Positions 1-11,664 of a DNA stretch of 64,000 nt are shown here, piece by piece. Origin of the DNA: Eledone cirrhosa (lineage: Eukaryota); NCBI GenBank assembly GCA_964016885.1, contig OZ024765.1:14136001-14200000 (forward strand), given 5' to 3'. Every line of letters starts with the position of its first letter. The stretch's first letter is position 1. The position numbers and the translations under genes are program-made. Under the pieces are notes generated by a model, which searched no databases, was not told the origin of the DNA, and was given only the letters and a program-made list of their open reading frames with translations.

Positions 1-350
1 TAGATATATATAGATCCTCTTCCTTCCTTTTACACACACATACATCCATGAAGGCAGCAGATGTAAAGAGAGAGGAGTAGTATGAGGTAGTAAAACTACT
101 CTCTCTCTTTACATGTTGTGACAGAATCGCAGAAATTTATACATAGATGACTGTCATTCACAGTATTTGGCTGTTTTCACCTTTTCAGTGCCATAGACGA
201 GATAACTCGTTTCCAACAGTTCATAACTTCATTTTACTGGAAAAAACCCAGCACAGCAACTGTAGCTGTGTAAAATATACACAGCAGTTAACAGGTTACA
301 GGACTCCTACAACTGGCGTCCTGTCCAGTTTTGTACTCTCAGACACTTAA

Positions 351-537
351 CCCTTTAGTGTTCAAACCAACCAGAATTCTCTACCTCTTTCTGTTGAAAC
401 TGGTCACTCAAACTGATGTTAAGGTATTGTTCTCAAAATAAATACTTTCAAAATCTCATAGATTCGATATTATGTGAGATAAAGCCTTTATCATGAAAAT
501 ATAATAGTATATATAGAGTAATGTGAATGCTAAAGGG
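351..537. mobile_element. piggyBac-type non-autonomous element (MITE), 187 bp
   Basis: TTAA at 347-350 and 538-541 flank terminal inverted repeats CCCTTTAGTGTTC ... GAATGCTAAAGGG (11/13 match). CCC...GGG ends with a TTAA TSD are the piggyBac signature. No coding capacity. Confidence 0.85.
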
Positions 538-2887
538 TTAATGTCAAGGAAACCGGTGATAAGCTTAGAACAGACGTTATGTATTATACTAAATTCAAGT
601 TTAATCAACTCACATATTGATGAAGGAAATCATGGTCTTAGATGCTTATAATCAAAATCGATAATTGGTGACTGATACTAATTACTAAGATCGATGGTTT
701 GCATCTTTTTTTTTTTGTGTCTCTAACATAAATGTTACTATCTTTAAGTAATACTTATATATTGATTGTTCTGTATTAAATACTAGTAGTTTCTCAATTG
801 ATATATAGAAACGGAATGAAAGTGAGGTAACGGGCGTGAAAAAAAATTTTCTTTCTGAATATATTTCGGAGACGAAGTTTAATATTGATAATCATTTGGT
901 AGATATATATATATAATTTTTTTCAATGAATAAAATTTTACCTATAAGTATGACTAATTTACTTAGTAGAATGGCGCTGCGCTGCACTGCACGTAACGTT
1001 TCGGGCTTCGCTATTGTACTTATGTATGGCATTACCATTCTATATATCTGAAGATCGAATCGTTGCGAGGGCAGTCGGAGTATTTGCAGACTGGCTTTAT
1101 GTTGGCTTGTGTTCCGTCACAGATTTTTTTAAAATTTAAAATGTTTATTAGAGTTATCTCCCTTTTATCTGGAATTACCCCCACTTTAATGAAACTCTTC
1201 TCTTTTTATTCTGGATATTCATGGAAAAAGGTATGTAATGTTTTATTTGTTGCGTATACTTTAATTCGTTGCTAAACACTCCCAGATATTCTTGAGACAC
1301 GAAAATAAACTTTACTATCTTTTATACTGGAAGAAACCTTTTCGTTTTTAGAGATATATACACACACATAAAGCCACATTTATATATAATCGTTTTCACT
1401 AGACACACGCGCTCGTCTATATACAGCCATAACTAAGTCCCCTTTTCGTCTAAGAAATAAAACAAAACTCTCTATTTATACACATGTACTAACATACCAG
1501 TTCTCACAAACAAAACATATCCATACACACATTTTATTATCTTCTCTATACCTTTCACACCCAATGAAGCATGTTAGTTTCTTTCTCTCCTACCATCGGA
1601 CCTAGGCGTCCTTTTGTACGTAAATAAACCTTCTTGTCAACAGTGGGTGTAGCTCTCAACCACTTTTATTATCCTTGTGCACACAGTCTTTCCATTACAT
1701 CGCATAGAGTTTATGCCTTATCCGTTACATATTAAGCAGGATCCTATCCTATCCTTCCTGACTCTGAGCCCCTTTTGATTCCGTAGTCGGAACTTATATT
1801 TTGCATAGAGATGCTACCACATTTATATAAAGCTACCTCTTCTAAGTGACAAAACTAAATCTTCTTTCTAACAAACTAAGCCTTCTCTCTTTTCAATAAA
1901 ATATAACCAAACCTTCCCCCTATACACACACAGCTACATTCTATAACTTTATTCTCTAGACACTGTATCATCTTTCTTACATCAAGTTGTTTCATCTCTG
2001 AGATCACCACTGATATGACTGAACCAACTGTCTTCTCTCTTGCACACTTCAGATCCTTTCTTTGCTTGGGCTGCATTTCTGGAATGAAAATTTGCTTGCA
2101 CCTCACCTAATTTTATGTGAGATACAATCTAGTTTTTGATGAGTAATCTCCTCTATATTATTTGGCCCAATTTGAGATAAACAAAGAAGCTTTCCCCTCT
2201 TTTGGGACTCATACATGCAATCCATAATATTTGAAACTGTTTCTAAATCCCTGATTCTTTCAATCATTCCGTCTCACTGGCCTAAGCTATCATTATTTTT
2301 ATTTGTACTGCTATGTCAGCCACATAGTGCCTACCCCAACCTCACAAGCAGACGTAAAATGATGTCAGTTACATCTTCACACAGGAAACTACTACTTCCA
2401 TCTTTGAAAAAGGTAAATAAATAAAAAAACCAAACGTTTTCTTCATTATTTCTTTTGTGTATATATACATAGAATGTAGTGACACATACAGCTACATTCA
2501 TATATATATTCTTCACTAAACACATATGTAATTATATACCTCTTCTAAGAAACTAAATTTTCTATATATATATATAGCTATATTCTTTTTCATTCTATAG
2601 GTGAGGTATGTACATATACACCTGATGTAATAAACTACTTTATTCTAGCTGTGTATATCTACTATACAGTAAGAAACTTTTCCCTTATATAAAGCCATTC
2701 TCTCTCTATATATAACTTTACATACATATATCTTGTGTGTATATACATACTTGCCTCTTCTTTTATTATATATGTATACATACTTATCTCTTCATTACAC
2801 AGGAAAGTACTACTTGGGACGAAAATGAGAAATAAAACACTTTTTTGTTGTTGATTTTTTTTATTTCTTCAAACTATGTATGTACAC

Positions 2888-2947
2888 ACAACGGTAGGCT
2901 GACCAAGATATTCTCATGGAATGACCAGATCAGGTTTATTTTTCCAA
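2888..2947 (-). mobile_element. mariner right-end remnant
   Basis: ggtaggctgaccaagatattctcatggaatgaccagatcaggtttattttt is the reverse complement of the right end of the mini-mariner at 8553-8683. Confidence 0.6.
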
Positions 2948-3338
2948 ATCCCTGGAAAGAGACAGTTATCAATAAAAAGTAAGGAGTTGAAATTAATGCA
3001 TGCAAGATCTAGAGAGAGAAGCTAAACCTCTAGAGACATATCGAGTGAGATAACCCAGCCTTCTATACATAATACAGACAAACTTCCTTCATCTATACAG
3101 TAACAAATAAACAAAACTATATCTCTACACAAGAAAATACTTTGTTTGTTTTGACGTATATGTCACATAAAAGGATCAAATAGACCGAAACAAAGAGCTA
3201 TACATATATATTAATCCACAAATTATGTGTATATAGGTCTGCAAGAGATGTAGTGTAACACTTACTATGTGAAATAAAAGTAATTAACTAAAAATAAAAC
3301 ACTTGTTGATCTTTTTTATTTCTTCAAACTGTATATAT

Positions 3339-3399
3339 ACACAGTGGTAGGCTGACCAAGATACTCACGGAATGAGCAGATCAGGTTTATTTTTCAACA
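3339..3399 (-). mobile_element. mariner right-end remnant (second copy; mirrored at ~7533-7592)
   Basis: ggtaggctgaccaagatactcacggaatgagcagatcaggtttatttttcaaca. It is part of a local duplication (~2820-3300 versus ~3290-3620). Confidence 0.6.
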
Positions 3400-4578
3400 T
3401 CCTTGGAAAGTAACAAAACAGTTATTAATACATATAAACCTTCATTTTTTTCTTCTAATAACTAAATCTTCTCTATACAAAAAAATACTACTTTGTTTGT
3501 TTTGACAAATATGTGACATAAAAGGATCAGTTCAACTGTGTGTATACACACAAACAAAGAGCGATACATATATATATATATGGGTACGCAAGAGATGTAA
3601 TAGGACACTTACTAACGAGTCCGTCTTCTACCTTCATGATGAGTTAGCCAAAGGTACCAGAATTAAATAGAAGCCTACTTCTAATCATTAAAGAGGATCT
3701 GAAGTGTGCAAGAGAGAAGACTGAGTTGGTACAGACATATGGGTGAAGAAATGCCAGGAAGCCACAGTAAAGGTGGATCTGGAGGAGGTGGTCTCAAATT
3801 GCTAAGGTTCCTAGAGATGAAGCAACTCGAGGTAAGATCGATCATGATAAAATGTAGCTACTGTGTGTATGGGGAAAAGGTTTGGTTATATTTGATAGAA
3901 GGTATGTATATATAGTGTCGAGAGAAGGCTTAGTTTGTTAGAAGAGGTAGCTATGTACTTCTATGAATATATAGAGGGAAGATTTAGTTTTAATTCTTAG
4001 AAGGAAAGGTGTATATGAGTACATGTGTCTAGAGGGGTAGGCTTTATGAAGAGAAGATTTGTTTTGAGGAGAAAAAAAGAAAAGGTATTTACTTATGTAT
4101 AAAAAAGTTTTAGGTATGATTCTTAGAAGAAAGAACGTTTATATATGTCTAAAGTAGGTAAGAAATATAGGACCCTGCTTAATATATAAAGGAGGAGGCA
4201 TAAACTCTATACGATGTAATGGAAAGACTGTGTGCACAGGGATAATAAAAGTGGTTGAGACACTCACTGTTGACAAAAAGGGGTTTATTTACTTACAAAA
4301 GGACGCCTGTGTCCGATGATAGGAGAGACATGAAGCTAACATGCTTCGTTGTGTGAATGTGAAAGATATAAAGATCATAAAATGTATATGTAGGTTTAGT
4401 TTAGAAGTATGTATATAATGTCGAGAGAATATTTAGTTTTGATTTTCAGAACTGCTATGTTAGTACATATATATAGTGTGTGTGTAGAGAGAAAGAAAAA
4501 AAAAAGATGTATGGATTTAGAGAAGGTTTAGTTATGGCAATATATATACATAAGTGTATGTGTCTTGTGAAAAACGTA

Positions 4579-4613
<35 letters not shown>

Positions 4614-4619
4614 TAGTTT

Positions 4620-4910
4620 TGCAAGGTTTTTGATATGAAATCGTGTCGAAACAAATATTGTTATACTTGAGGAGGGTCATATTTGTGTAATATTGCCAGA
4701 ATTAATAACAGATGTGCAACGAAAGAACTTTGATAGACTATATATATGTGTTTGTGTCTATATTTTTGACCGTTGGTCAGTCAATGGCAACATTGAGGAC
4801 CGAATAAATTAACCGATATAAAAGACACAGAAGCGAAAACCAACCAAACAGTGAGGGTGGTCTGTTATTAATTCTGGCAATATTACACAAATATGACCCA
4901 AGTATAACAA
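4620..4910. repeat. ~290-bp segment present only in the left palindrome arm, with its own ~50-bp inverted repeat
   Basis: ttgttatacttg..gggtcatatttgtgtaatattgccagaattaataacaga (~4658-4710) is inverted at 4861-4910. The segment has no counterpart in the right arm near 6240. Confidence 0.7.
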
Positions 4911-4912
4911 AA

Positions 4913-6237
4913 TATATATATATCTAAAAATGAAAGGTTTCTTCCAGTATAGACAAGATAGTAAAGTGTATTTTCGTGTCTCAAGAATATCTGCGAGTGT
5001 TTAGCAATGAACTGAAGTATACACGGTAAATAAAACATTACAAACCTCTTTCCCCGAACACAATATCCAGAACGATGTTACCGGCTCAATTCAGTAATGA
5101 AGATTAACAAGAAAACAGAAGAGTTCCAATAAGGGGGAAGTAATTCTAATAAACTTATTGTTTCAGACGATCCCGTAACCAGTTGAAAGCAGAGATTCTT
5201 TACTTAAACTTTATACTATTTGTACTATTAATAAATAAATAAACATATATATTTATGTATGTATACATATATACATACATAATGTTACTTTGACTGCTAT
5301 TTCTAGTGTATTTATTGTTGTTTTTTATGAAAAATACAAAAACCGGAAGTGAAAAAATTGAAAATACTTTGGTCAAAATCAGGCAAACTTTTTTAAACAA
5401 AAGGATTTTTTTTGTAAACAAACTTGAAATTTTTGCCAAGAAAGATAACTCTTGCCTGACTTAAACGCAAAAATTGATGCAAAAATTTTGTGTGTGTGCA
5501 AATTATAGATACTAGCATGCCCTTCTTATTTTGTCTTGTTTTGCGGCTTTGGGCTACTATTTCTAGCACGTATGTATCGTCACTTTAGAAAGAGCAGCCA
5601 AAAGCCGCAAAACAAGATAAAATAAGGACTAGCTAGTATCTATAAATTGCACACACGCAAAATTTTTGCATCAATGTTTGCGTTTAAGTCAGGCAAGAGT
5701 TATCTTTCTTGGCAAAAATTTCAAGTTTGTTTACAAAAAAAATCCTTTTGTTTAAAAAAGTTTGCCTGATTTTGACCAAAGTTTTTTCAATTTTTTCACT
5801 TCCGGTTTCTGTATTTTTCATAAAAAAAACAACAATAAATACACTAGAAATAGCAGTCAACGTAACACTTATGTATGTATATATGCATACATACATAAAT
5901 ATATATGTTTATTTATTTATTAATAGTACAAATAGTATAAAGTTTAAGTAAAGAATCTCTGCTTTCAACTTGTTACGGGATCGTCTGAAACAATAAGTTT
6001 ATTAGAATTACTTCCCCCTTATTGGAACTCTTGTGTTTTCTTGTTAATCTTCATCACTGAATTGAGCCGGTAACATCGTTCTGGATATTGTGTTCGGGGA
6101 AAGAGGTTTGTAATGTTTTATTTACCGTGTATACTTCAGTTCATTGCTAAACACTCGCAGATATTCTTGAGACACGAAAATACACTTTACTATCTTGTCT
6201 ATACTGGAAGAAACCTTTCATTTTTAGATATATATAT
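4913..6237. repeat. Near-perfect inner palindrome (~650-bp arms, ~20-bp spacer)
   Basis: tatctaaaaatgaaagg at 4921 is the reverse complement of cctttcatttttagata ending at 6230. ttttgcggcttt / aaagccgcaaaa flank the centre. The mirror-image ORFs 5200-5439(-) and 5709-5951(+) show the same symmetry. Confidence 0.95.
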
Positions 6238-7939
6238 ACACACGCACACACATATGTTCTTCACTACACTTATATATATATTGCCATAACTAAACCTTCT
6301 CTAAATCCATACATCTCTTTTTTCTTCTTCTCTCTCTCTATACACACACACACTATATATACATGTATTAACATAGCAGTTCTGAGAATCAAAACTAAAT
6401 ATTCTCTCGACATTATATACATACCTCCTCTAAGAAACTAAACCTTTTATGATCTTCACTATATCTTTCACATTAACACCCAACGAAGCATCTTAGCTTC
6501 ATTTCTCTCCTACCATCGGACACAGGCGTCCTTTTGTAAGTAAATATCTTTATCAACAGTGGGTGTAGCTCTCAACCACTTTTATTATTCCTGTGCACAC
6601 AGTCTTTTCATTACATCGTATACAGTTTATGCCTGCTCCTTTATATATTAAGCAAGGTCCTATCTTTCTTTCTTACTTTAGACATATATAAACGTTTTTC
6701 TAAGAATCATACCTAAAACATTTTTATACATAGGAAAATAAAGCCTACCCCTCTAGACACATTTACTCATATACACCTTTTCTTCTAAGAATTAAAACTA
6801 AATCTTCCCTCTATATATTCATAGAGGTACATAGCTACCTCTTCTAACAAACTAAGCCTTCTCTCGACACTATATATACATACCTTCTATGAAATATAAC
6901 CAAACCTTTTCCCCATACACACAGTAGCTACATTTTATTATTTTTAGATATTGTATCATCATCATCGATCTTATGTCGAGTTGCTTCATCTCTAGGAACA
7001 TCAGCAATTTGAGATCACCTCCTCCAGATCTACCTTTACTGTGGCTTCCTGGCATTTCTTCACCAATATGTCTGTACCAACTCAGATCCTCTTAAATGAT
7101 TAGAAGTAGGCTTCTATTTAATACTGCTACATTTGGCTAATTCATCATGAAGGTAGAAGACGGACTCGTTAGTAAGTGTTTCACTACATCTCTTGGGTAC
7201 CTATATATAGACTTATAATTTGTTATATATATATATATAGCTCTCTCTGTCTGTTCATATACACACAGTTAGCCGTTTTGTTTCGGTATATTTGATCCTT
7301 TTATGTCACATATACGTCAACACAAACAAGGTACTATTTTCTTGTGTAGAGATTTAGTTTTGTTTATTTATTACTGTATAGTTGAAGAAAGTTTATGTCT
7401 GTATTATGTATAGAAGGCTTGGTTATCTAACTCGATGTGTCTCTAGAGGTTTAGCTTCTTTTCTCACTAGATCTTGCATACATTAATTTATACTTCTCTT
7501 ACTTTTTATTAATAACTGTTTCTTTCCAAGGATGTTGAAAAATAAACCTGATCTGGTCATTCCATGAGAGTATCTTGGTCAGCCTGCAGTTGTGTGTATA
7601 CACATACACACACACACACACAGTTTGAAGAAATAAAAAAGACCTACAAAAAAGTGTTTAATTTATTTAATTTCACATTTTCGTCCCTATGTAATGAAGA
7701 AGTATGTATTTCTTCCTGTATAGAGAAGGTATACATCTATATAAAACTGTAGTTGTCCACATTTCTACTCCGATTGACTTCAAACTTGCATTTATGTATT
7801 TCTTGCCGTCTGAAGATATTAACTGCAGCTTTTAATTTTCAATTTTCTGTTGTTAAAGGGGTGTTAGGCGCCAGTTATCGATCTCCGTCACGCCCTTATA
7901 ATATCTGTCTGTATGTCTGGCTGTCTGCATAACGATATT

Positions 7940-8635
7940 TATTTTTCAACATGCAAGATTTCACAGCCCTAGCATCACTCCTTCATAGTGAGCCTATGAA
8001 CTTTTAAGCCTACCTTCGTATATGTAAACAATGTATTTATTTAATATACAAAAAATACTTTAAATTCAGTTTTTAATTCATGCAGTAAATAAACTGTTAA
8101 AGAAATTCGAAATCATTTTTGAACCCATTTTCGCGATTTCGGCTCGGAGAAATTCGAGGAACTGATGTCGCTAAATCGCCAAATCATTTACCTGCCCCGT
8201 TGCACCATGGGAGGGTAATGGCTGCCTTTTATTTTTTAAAGATTCTTTAGTTTCTTTCGCAGCATCTTCTTCCTCGTTTCATATAAGTAAATAATTAAAA
8301 CATTTTGTCGAGAAAGAAACTAAAAAGTTTTCCGTGGTATGAAAAAAAAAAATAAAAGCAGCCATTACCCTCCCATGGTGCAACGGGGCAGGTAAATGAT
8401 TTGGCGATTTAGCGACATCAGTTCCTTAAATTTCTCCGAGCCGAAATCTCAAGAACGATAATTCCGTCTTTACTTAATCGCAAAAATGGGTTAAAAAATT
8501 ATTTCGAATTTCTTAGTAATTATGTATATTAAATAAATACATTGTTTACATATACGAAGGTAGGCTTAAAAGTTCATAGGCTCGCTATGAAGGAGTGATG
8601 CGAGGGCTGTGAAATCTTGCATGTTGAAAAATAAA
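7940..8635. repeat. ~290-bp inverted repeat inside the Helitron
   Basis: tttatttttcaacatgcaagatttcacagccct...ggctgcctttt (7940-8235) is the reverse complement of aaaagcagcc...agggctgtgaaatcttgcatgttgaaaaataaa (~8355-8635). Confidence 0.9.
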
Positions 8636-8683
8636 CCTCATTTGGTCATTCCATGAGAGTATCTTGGTCAGCCTACCCTTGTA
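8553..8683 (+). mobile_element. Internally deleted mini-mariner (Tc1/mariner) element
   Basis: TA-CGAAGGTAGGCTTAAAAGTTCATAGGCT ... GTCAGCCTACCCTTG-TA. These are TA-flanked mariner-like TIRs, the right one partly deleted. It retains GTTGAAAAATAA (V-E-K-stop), like the C-terminus of mariner transposases. A truncated inverted copy lies at 7940-8021. Confidence 0.7.
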
Positions 8684-9769
8684 TATTATATATATCATTG
8701 AATTTAGGGATATTTAGTCGCCATTTCTAGTATTTTTAACCGCTGAAGAGGGTTTTAATTAGTTTAGCGAGATATTCTAGGTTAAACTGTTGAATATGGC
8801 CATATTTGAGGGTTGTTTGACCAGTAAAACTATCATTATTAATAATATTTCAGTGGCTGCCATTTCTAGCATTCAGTAGACTCTTCGTTTTACTGTCTTT
8901 CATCTAAGGGAAACAACTCATTCAACTTACTATTTTGTAAAATCTTTACCTTTCACTTTACTAAGTTGCTTTCTTGATAACTTTCACAATTATACAGATT
9001 ACTAATTGAGATTTTGTAGGGATACTTTAAGGTCAAAGGTAGAAAGGGTCGCAGAAGTTGATTTTTCTGAAATCAGTGTCAGTCGTTTAGTTTACATATT
9101 GAGACCCACATATATATATATTATATACATACACACGCAACAAATACCAACTAAACGGAGCACTGGCAAATGAATCTTCGAGGTAAGCTGTTAGTTCAGA
9201 GGGAATCTCTGCTACACCTTTTCGTAATACCGAACAACGTACTGCTGGTCACTCCTTCATCCAAAAGACGTACAAGTTTCCTGTCGGTATATTTACCTGA
9301 GTTTTTAACAGGCACTCACAAATAAACGTTTCTCATTGGAGGTGCTATTACCAATGTTCTTCTTACCCGTGCAACGCCGGGATACACTGCTAGTATATAA
9401 TAAAAGAAGAGGTATGTATTTATACACAAGATATATGTATGTAAAGTTATATATAGAAAACGGGTTTATATAAGGGAAAAGTTTCTTACTATATAGGAGT
9501 ATATATACACACAGAAGGTAGTTTGTTACATCAGGTGTATATGTATGAACAGCTACATTTAAATGTACCTCGTCTATAGAGCAAAGAAGAATGTAGCTAT
9601 ATATAGATAAAGTTTCCTTACTGTTATAGAGAAAGAGATTTAATTACTCAGAAGAAGATGTATATAATTACATGTCTGTGTTTAGTGAAGAACATATTGT
9701 ATATATAAATGTAGCTGTATATATGTGTCTACATTCTATGTATATATATATATATGCAAAAGAAATAAT

Positions 9770-9938
9770 TGTTTCTACTTTTTGGCACAAGGCCAGCAAT
9801 TACTCAGTGCATTACTGGTACTTTATTTTATCGACCCCGTAAGGATGAAAGGCAAAGTTAACCTCGGCGGGATTTGAACTCAGAATGGCAAGGGCCGTAA
9901 CTCTATACATCAAAGCATGGCGTCCGACCCTCTACCGA
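9770..9938 (-). mobile_element. tRNA-derived SINE, slightly 5'-truncated (resembles octopus SINEs)
   Basis: The minus strand has B box GAGTTCAAATCCC and body TTTGCCTTTCATCC..GGGGTCGATAAAAT..AAGTACCAGT..GGCCTTGTGCCAAAA. A perfect 14-bp TSD GCAAAAGAAATAAT lies at 9756-9769 and 9939-9952. It is absent from the mirror arm (~2440-2460). Confidence 0.88.
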
Positions 9939-11618
9939 GCAAAAGAAATAATGAAGCAACAAAGAAAACGTTTGGTTTATTCTTTTTTACTTCACAATTC
10001 GTTTACCTGCTTCAAAGATGGAAGTAGTAGTCTCCTGTGTGGAGAAGATGTAGCTGTCATCATTTTATGTCTGCTTACAAGGGTGGGACAGGTCCTCTTC
10101 AGCACATCATCTCTCCTGAGCTTAAACGATCTAAGACGATTTACTTTCATTTATTTGAATAATGTATATAGTATCTAATGAAGTTGATTCGTGTGTGTGT
10201 ATCTCTAGATAGTATATGGCTGACATAGCCGTACGAATGCTCTAGAATAGCTTAGGCCAGTGGTTCCCAAACAGTGAGGTGGAATGATTGAAGGACAACC
10301 AAGGATTCATAAAGAGGAAAATGCTTCTTTGTGTTGATGGTTTGTTTATCTCAAATTGGCCCAATTAATATGGAGGAGATTACTCGTCAAAAACAAAATC
10401 GTACCTTTCATTAAATTTATGTATTTTTATCATAAAAATTTGGTGAGGCGCGTGTAAATTTTCACTCTTAAAATGCGACGTATGGCAAACAAAGGATCTG
10501 AAATGTGCAAGAGAAAAGACCGAGTTGGTACAGAAATATCGGTGAAGGAATGCCAGGAAGCAACTTTAGTAAGAAAGATGATACAGTATCTAGAGAAAAA
10601 AAGTTATAGAGCAGATAATAAAGTGTGTGTGTGCGCGTGCGTGCGTGTTATATTTAATTAAAACTGTATATATATATTAGTTTGTTAGGAGAGGTAAATA
10701 TGGACATATAGAGAATATTTAGTTTGGTTTCTTAGAAAAGTTTGGTACATGCGGCTGCATAATATAACTTCCGACTACAGAAACAAAAGGGGCTCAGAAC
10801 TAGGATGGGTAGGACCCTGCTTAAGATGTAAAAGAGGAGGCTTAAACTGCAGACGATGTAATGGAAAGACTGTTTGCACAGGGATAATACAAGTGGTCGA
10901 GAGCTACACCCACTGTTGACAAGAATGGGTGTCTTTACGTACAAAACGACGCCTGTGTCCGATGGTAGGAGAGAAATGAAGCTAGAAATGCTTCGTTGTG
11001 TGTTAATGTGAAAGATATGGAGATCATAATGTGTGTGTATATGTTTTGCTTCTGAGAACTGGTGTGTTAGTACATATATATATATACATAGAGAGAGAGA
11101 GAGAGCAAAGTTTTGTTTCTTAAAAAAAAGGATTTATGGATTTAGAGAAGGTTTAGTTATGGCAATATATATATAGATAAGTGTATCTATCTAATGAAAA
11201 ACGTTTATATATAAATGTAGCTTTATGTGTGTATATATCTCTAATAAGGAAAGGTTTCTTCCAGTATAGACAAGATAGAAAAGCGTATTTTCGTGTCTCA
11301 AGAATATCCGCGAGAGTTTAGCAATGAATTGAAGTATACACGTCAAGTAAAACATTACAAACCTCTTTCCACGAACATAATATCCAGAACGATTTTACCG
11401 GCTCAATTCATAAAGAAAATCTAGGCTTCATTTGAACCTATGACGCCGTCTGCAATAGTGTCATACGTCATTCCAGCTTAGTAAGTTGTACTCGTAAATT
11501 GTTAAAAGTTTCTCATCAGAAGCTCGTTTTTTTGCTCAACATTCGATACCAAAATATGGTTCCTTTTTATAACTTCGTTGTACGAATATAATAATTACGA
11601 ATATATAATACAAGCCAC

Positions 11619-11619
<1 letters not shown>

Positions 11620-11663
<44 letters not shown>
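11620..11663. repeat. (TA)n microsatellite at the left edge of the macrosatellite
   Basis: About 22 uninterrupted TA repeats immediately before the homology to the repeat unit begins. Confidence 0.95.

Positions 11664-11664
<1 letters not shown>

Larger units (their letters stand above)
7736..9393 (+). mobile_element. Non-autonomous Helitron (~1.66 kb)
   Basis: The 5' end is TCTATATAAAA. The 3' hairpin CCCGTGCAACGCCGGG (9366-9381) is followed by CTAG (9390-9393). It is inserted between host A and T with no TSD. The joined flanks gtatacA|Tatataataaaagaagagg match the empty site in the other palindrome arm (reverse complement of ~2754-2779). Confidence 0.88.
1130..11410. repeat. Giant nested inverted repeat (palindrome), centre ~5576
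   Basis: The module carrying 'gctaaacactc.cagatattcttgagacacgaaaata ... ccatcggac..aggcgtc' occurs at ~1230 (+), ~3700-5090 (-), ~6060-7100 (+) and ~10500-11410 (-). Segment 1230-2830 mirrors 7660-7735 plus 9394-11410, and 3290-5565 mirrors 5585-7660. Confidence 0.9.

Noticed and set aside
968-1080. Short CpG-rich patch (AATGGCGCTGCGC...) as a promoter
   Set aside because: It is too short and has no associated gene. It may be part of the repeat at the palindrome edge.
3706-3915. 69-aa ORF with GGSGGGG and its mirror copy at 6870-7055
   Set aside because: Homologous module copies differ by indels and do not keep a common long frame, and there is no recognisable domain.
5200-5951. Mirror-image 79/80-aa ORFs
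   Set aside because: Artefact of the palindrome, with TTG starts and low-complexity AT-rich sequence.
10258-10276. CAGTGGTTCCCAAA hAT-like terminus
   Set aside because: No matching opposite end or TSD was found, so no element could be delimited.
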